Assembly: GCF_009834535.1 (NCBI RefSeq)
Contig: NC_045697.1
Coordinates: forward strand, 4,218,001 to 4,282,000
Source of the DNA: Camelus ferus
Taxonomy: Eukaryota
DNA: 64,000 nt
Reading direction: 5' to 3'
Positions 61,287 through 64,000 of the stretch are shown piece by piece. The notes under the pieces were generated by a model. It was not told where the DNA came from, ran no database searches, and saw nothing but the letters and a program-made list of their open reading frames with translations. Within the stretch, counting starts at the first letter, position 1. Every line of letters begins with the position of its first letter. Both the position numbers and the translations under genes were made by a program.

Positions 61287-62689
61287 GTAGTGACCAGTCG
61301 GCACCTGTGGGGGCATTATCAGAGTTTTGGTGAAGGAGCCAGAAGGCCACTGGGCGGGCCTGGGTCGCTCTCTCCCCTGCCCAGGCCCCAGCCTGCTTTC
61401 CCTGGGCAGCCAGAGCAGGCGGGACGCACAAGCCCCCAGGTGCTCAGACCCCTCCTCCTCCCTCCTTGGCCAAGTTCTGTCCCTTCTTCATTCACCCCAC
61501 TGTCCACCTCTGGGCTTGTCCACATCTACAGACATTTTCCCGGCCTTCCTCACGCCCACAGCTGGGCAGGACAGCCGCTGTCTGGGTTTGTGCTCGTCCA
61601 CGAGCCCCAGGGCCTCTCCAGGGGAGCCCTGGGAACGCCTTCTCCCTGGGCGCCGAGCCTTCCCCTGAGGGCTGAGCTGTCTGCACTCAGGGCGGGGAGA
61701 GCAGAGCTCCCTCTCTGGGCAGAGTTGGGCCACCAGGGCACGCCACGTGTCACACGCAACCGCCACCGCCCAGGCAGGGTCTGCCCCTGCTGCGCCCCCA
61801 GCCCTGCTCCTGGCACCGAGGTGCAGGAGGGACCGATCGGTGGTCAACTCCTAACTAGGTGCTGTGATGCCGAGAGGCGCTGAGTGGTATAAACAGCCAC
61901 CAAAAAAGCCGAGAGCAGGGAAGGGCACCTCACTGAGGAGGTGACAGGGGAACAGTCTCTCTGAGGGGGTGCGCCATGCAGAGCTCTGGGGGAGGAACCT
62001 TCTAGAAAGGGGAGACTGCAGGGGCAGAGTCTCAGACATGAGGGTGCACCAGGGCGGCCGGACGAGGATGTCTGTGTAATGGGCTGTTGTTCAGACATTT
62101 AAAATACTGGCTTAGGAGGTTTTTAGTGACACGGGGAAATGATTATGCTGGAAGATGCCGTGGGGGGAAAAGCAAGGCAGTGACTACTTCACCAAAAGAA
62201 TGAGAACGAAAAACATGGAGAGAAATATGCCCGGAAACTGTCCCTGAGTGTGTGTGCGGGAAGGACAGGATTTAGAGAGACTAGAGGTGGCACTGTGCCC
62301 CCCACGCTGTTTGAATGACGTCCTTCGTGGGCTGGAGGTGGGAATCAGAGCCCCTCTTGGCGTTTGTGACTGTCAGCTGGCTCCCCAGGGGTCTGAACGA
62401 GCAGCCGCCCACGCGGGCTGCCACTGTGTCCCGAGCCCAGCACACGCACGGATTCCGGGAACGTCACTGTCATACGCCTGGTGGTGGCGAGCTGGGTGTG
62501 ACTCCGCCCACAAGCTCAAGTGCAAGAGCTGTAACTGTCTTTCGATGACTCAACTCCGCTGAATTTGTCGCCCCCGCGCCCGGGGCTGCAGTGAGCAGCC
62601 TGGGGCCACGTGGATTCCGTCTCTTCCCAGATCCCACTGAGGTTCCAGAAGGCTTGGGCGGGGCTGAGGTGTGAGGAGAGGGGCTTCGC

Positions 62690-63010
62690 ACCTTCTGACC
62701 ACCGTGGGCTTTTTGCAAAAATTTATGCTTTTTGCATAAATGCTCACAGATGAAGTTGGCCTTAAATTTTCTTTGCCTACACACTTTGCCCAGTTTTGTT
62801 AAGATTATTGTTGTCTTGTAAAATGAGCTTTCTCTCTCTTTCTTTTCCTGGAACAGTATAATGTGTTTACTCCTTGAAGTCTCAGTAAAACTCACTTGCT
62901 AAATCTTTTTCAATTATTGGTTTATATAGGTTGGCTGTTGGAGTTACTGTTGTGTTAAAAAGGTTATATTTTAAATTTTTCTAGGATTTTTTTTTTCATT
63001 CTCAAACTCA
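62690..63010 (-). mobile_element. Degraded L1 ORF2 fragment
   Basis: T-rich block after GC-rich DNA; ttggccttaaattttcttt..cagttttgttaagattat..tcagtaaaactcac. Confidence 0.45.
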
Positions 63011-64000
63011 GTATTTGAAACAGGAACTTTCTCATTCATGCCAGTGAGAGGATTGCTGACCTGTCTTTGTGCCTTTGAAGTGCCTTTTTTTCCTCATGTA
63101 ACTCGCCGTGACTACGTAGTAAGGAGGAATACCTGCCTCGCTGTGCGCTCTCTCCAGATCACGTTTGTTCCAAGGCCTCACGAGAAGCTGAGCACACAGA
63201 CAAGTGTCCACTAGGGTGTCACTGGTCTTGTTTTTAATCACAACAAGTGGTGGTTATTCGAGCTAGATTTCTTTTCTTTAAGGAGACTTGGAGGTTGGAA
63301 CCTGTTCTTTATGTCTTGCTTCTCCCCATTTATCCAGCTGTGACGCAGAACTCAGGGAGGGGGTAGCGGACCGCGACACCCCTAGAGATGCATGGTCACC
63401 ACCTCCTTTCCCCAAGCGGCAGGTTAGACCGTGGTTTTCTGTCCACTGAATCCAGGGTGTCTGGGGTCAGGTGCTGACTTCTGCTGTCGGACAGATGAGG
63501 AAGCCGAGGTCCAGAGAAGTGCGGTGGCTGCCCAGCCCCTCCCCGTCAGCGGCAGAGCTGCAGATCACAGGGCGGCTGCTGCCCAGCCCACAGCGTCCTG
63601 TCTTTCTCCAAAGCAGTAGAAATCCAGGTCTTTTGTCTGTTAGTCATTATGACAGGGTAACCATGGAAACAGCTGTGCTGAAATCTTCCAAGTAAACAGT
63701 TATTTCTGCTTTTAACTGAAGGGACGTGCAAGAGCAGAGCAATTTCTTAGAAGAGATGGTGAAGACAGTCGCTCCCCCTGGTGGGCCCCCGCTACGTGCC
63801 AGCCTGGGGCTGGGGGAAGCGGTAGCCGCAGTTAACACTGGTCAAGTGTTCGCACCACGCCAGGTGCTGCTCTTGAGTTTCCTTCTCAGTTAATCCTCTG
63901 AGCTGCCCTAGGATGGAGCCTAGGATGGAGGTACTTGATTATTCATTTTGCAGGTGAGGAAACTGAGTGTGTTGGTTTCCAGTGGTTGCTGTACAATTTC

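Noticed and set aside
63907..63930. 12-bp tandem duplication CCTAGGATGGAG
   Set aside because: Trivial slippage within a MIR; no motif of interest.
1..64000. CRISPR array, operon, defence system, intact transposase/RT or retrogene
   Set aside because: No regularly spaced repeats or dense coding blocks seen. All transposon-derived sequence appears degraded and non-coding.

Overview
Mammalian genomic DNA, not prokaryotic. The window lies inside one + strand gene, PPP2R2C (PP2A regulatory subunit B55-gamma, WD40 beta-propeller). Five consecutive coding exons are present: 31540-31637, 33723-33888, 36615-36727, 41980-42157 and 60113-60277. They total 720 nt, have matching splice phases and translate ADIISTVEF...LCDKHSK. 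The first coding exon and the 3' exons lie outside the window, and exon numbers (2-6) are assumed from the human gene. The 17,955-nt intron 42158-60112 is a clear minor-spliceosome (U12-type, GT-AG) intron. It contains a near-perfect REST/NRSE (RE1) site and strong major-spliceosome (U2) splice signals that could allow nested or poison splicing. The rest is intron filled with MIR, L2, L1, MaLR/ERV solo LTRs, hAT/Tigger DNA-transposon relics and three tRNA-derived SINEs resembling the camelid Vic-1 family, which suggests a camel/llama/alpaca genome (inference). Nearly all ORFs in the supplied track are GC-rich noise. I see no CRISPR array, operon or novel protein-coding system. The best leads are splicing and regulatory hypotheses. 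Repeat family names are from memory of consensus sequences and their boundaries are approximate.
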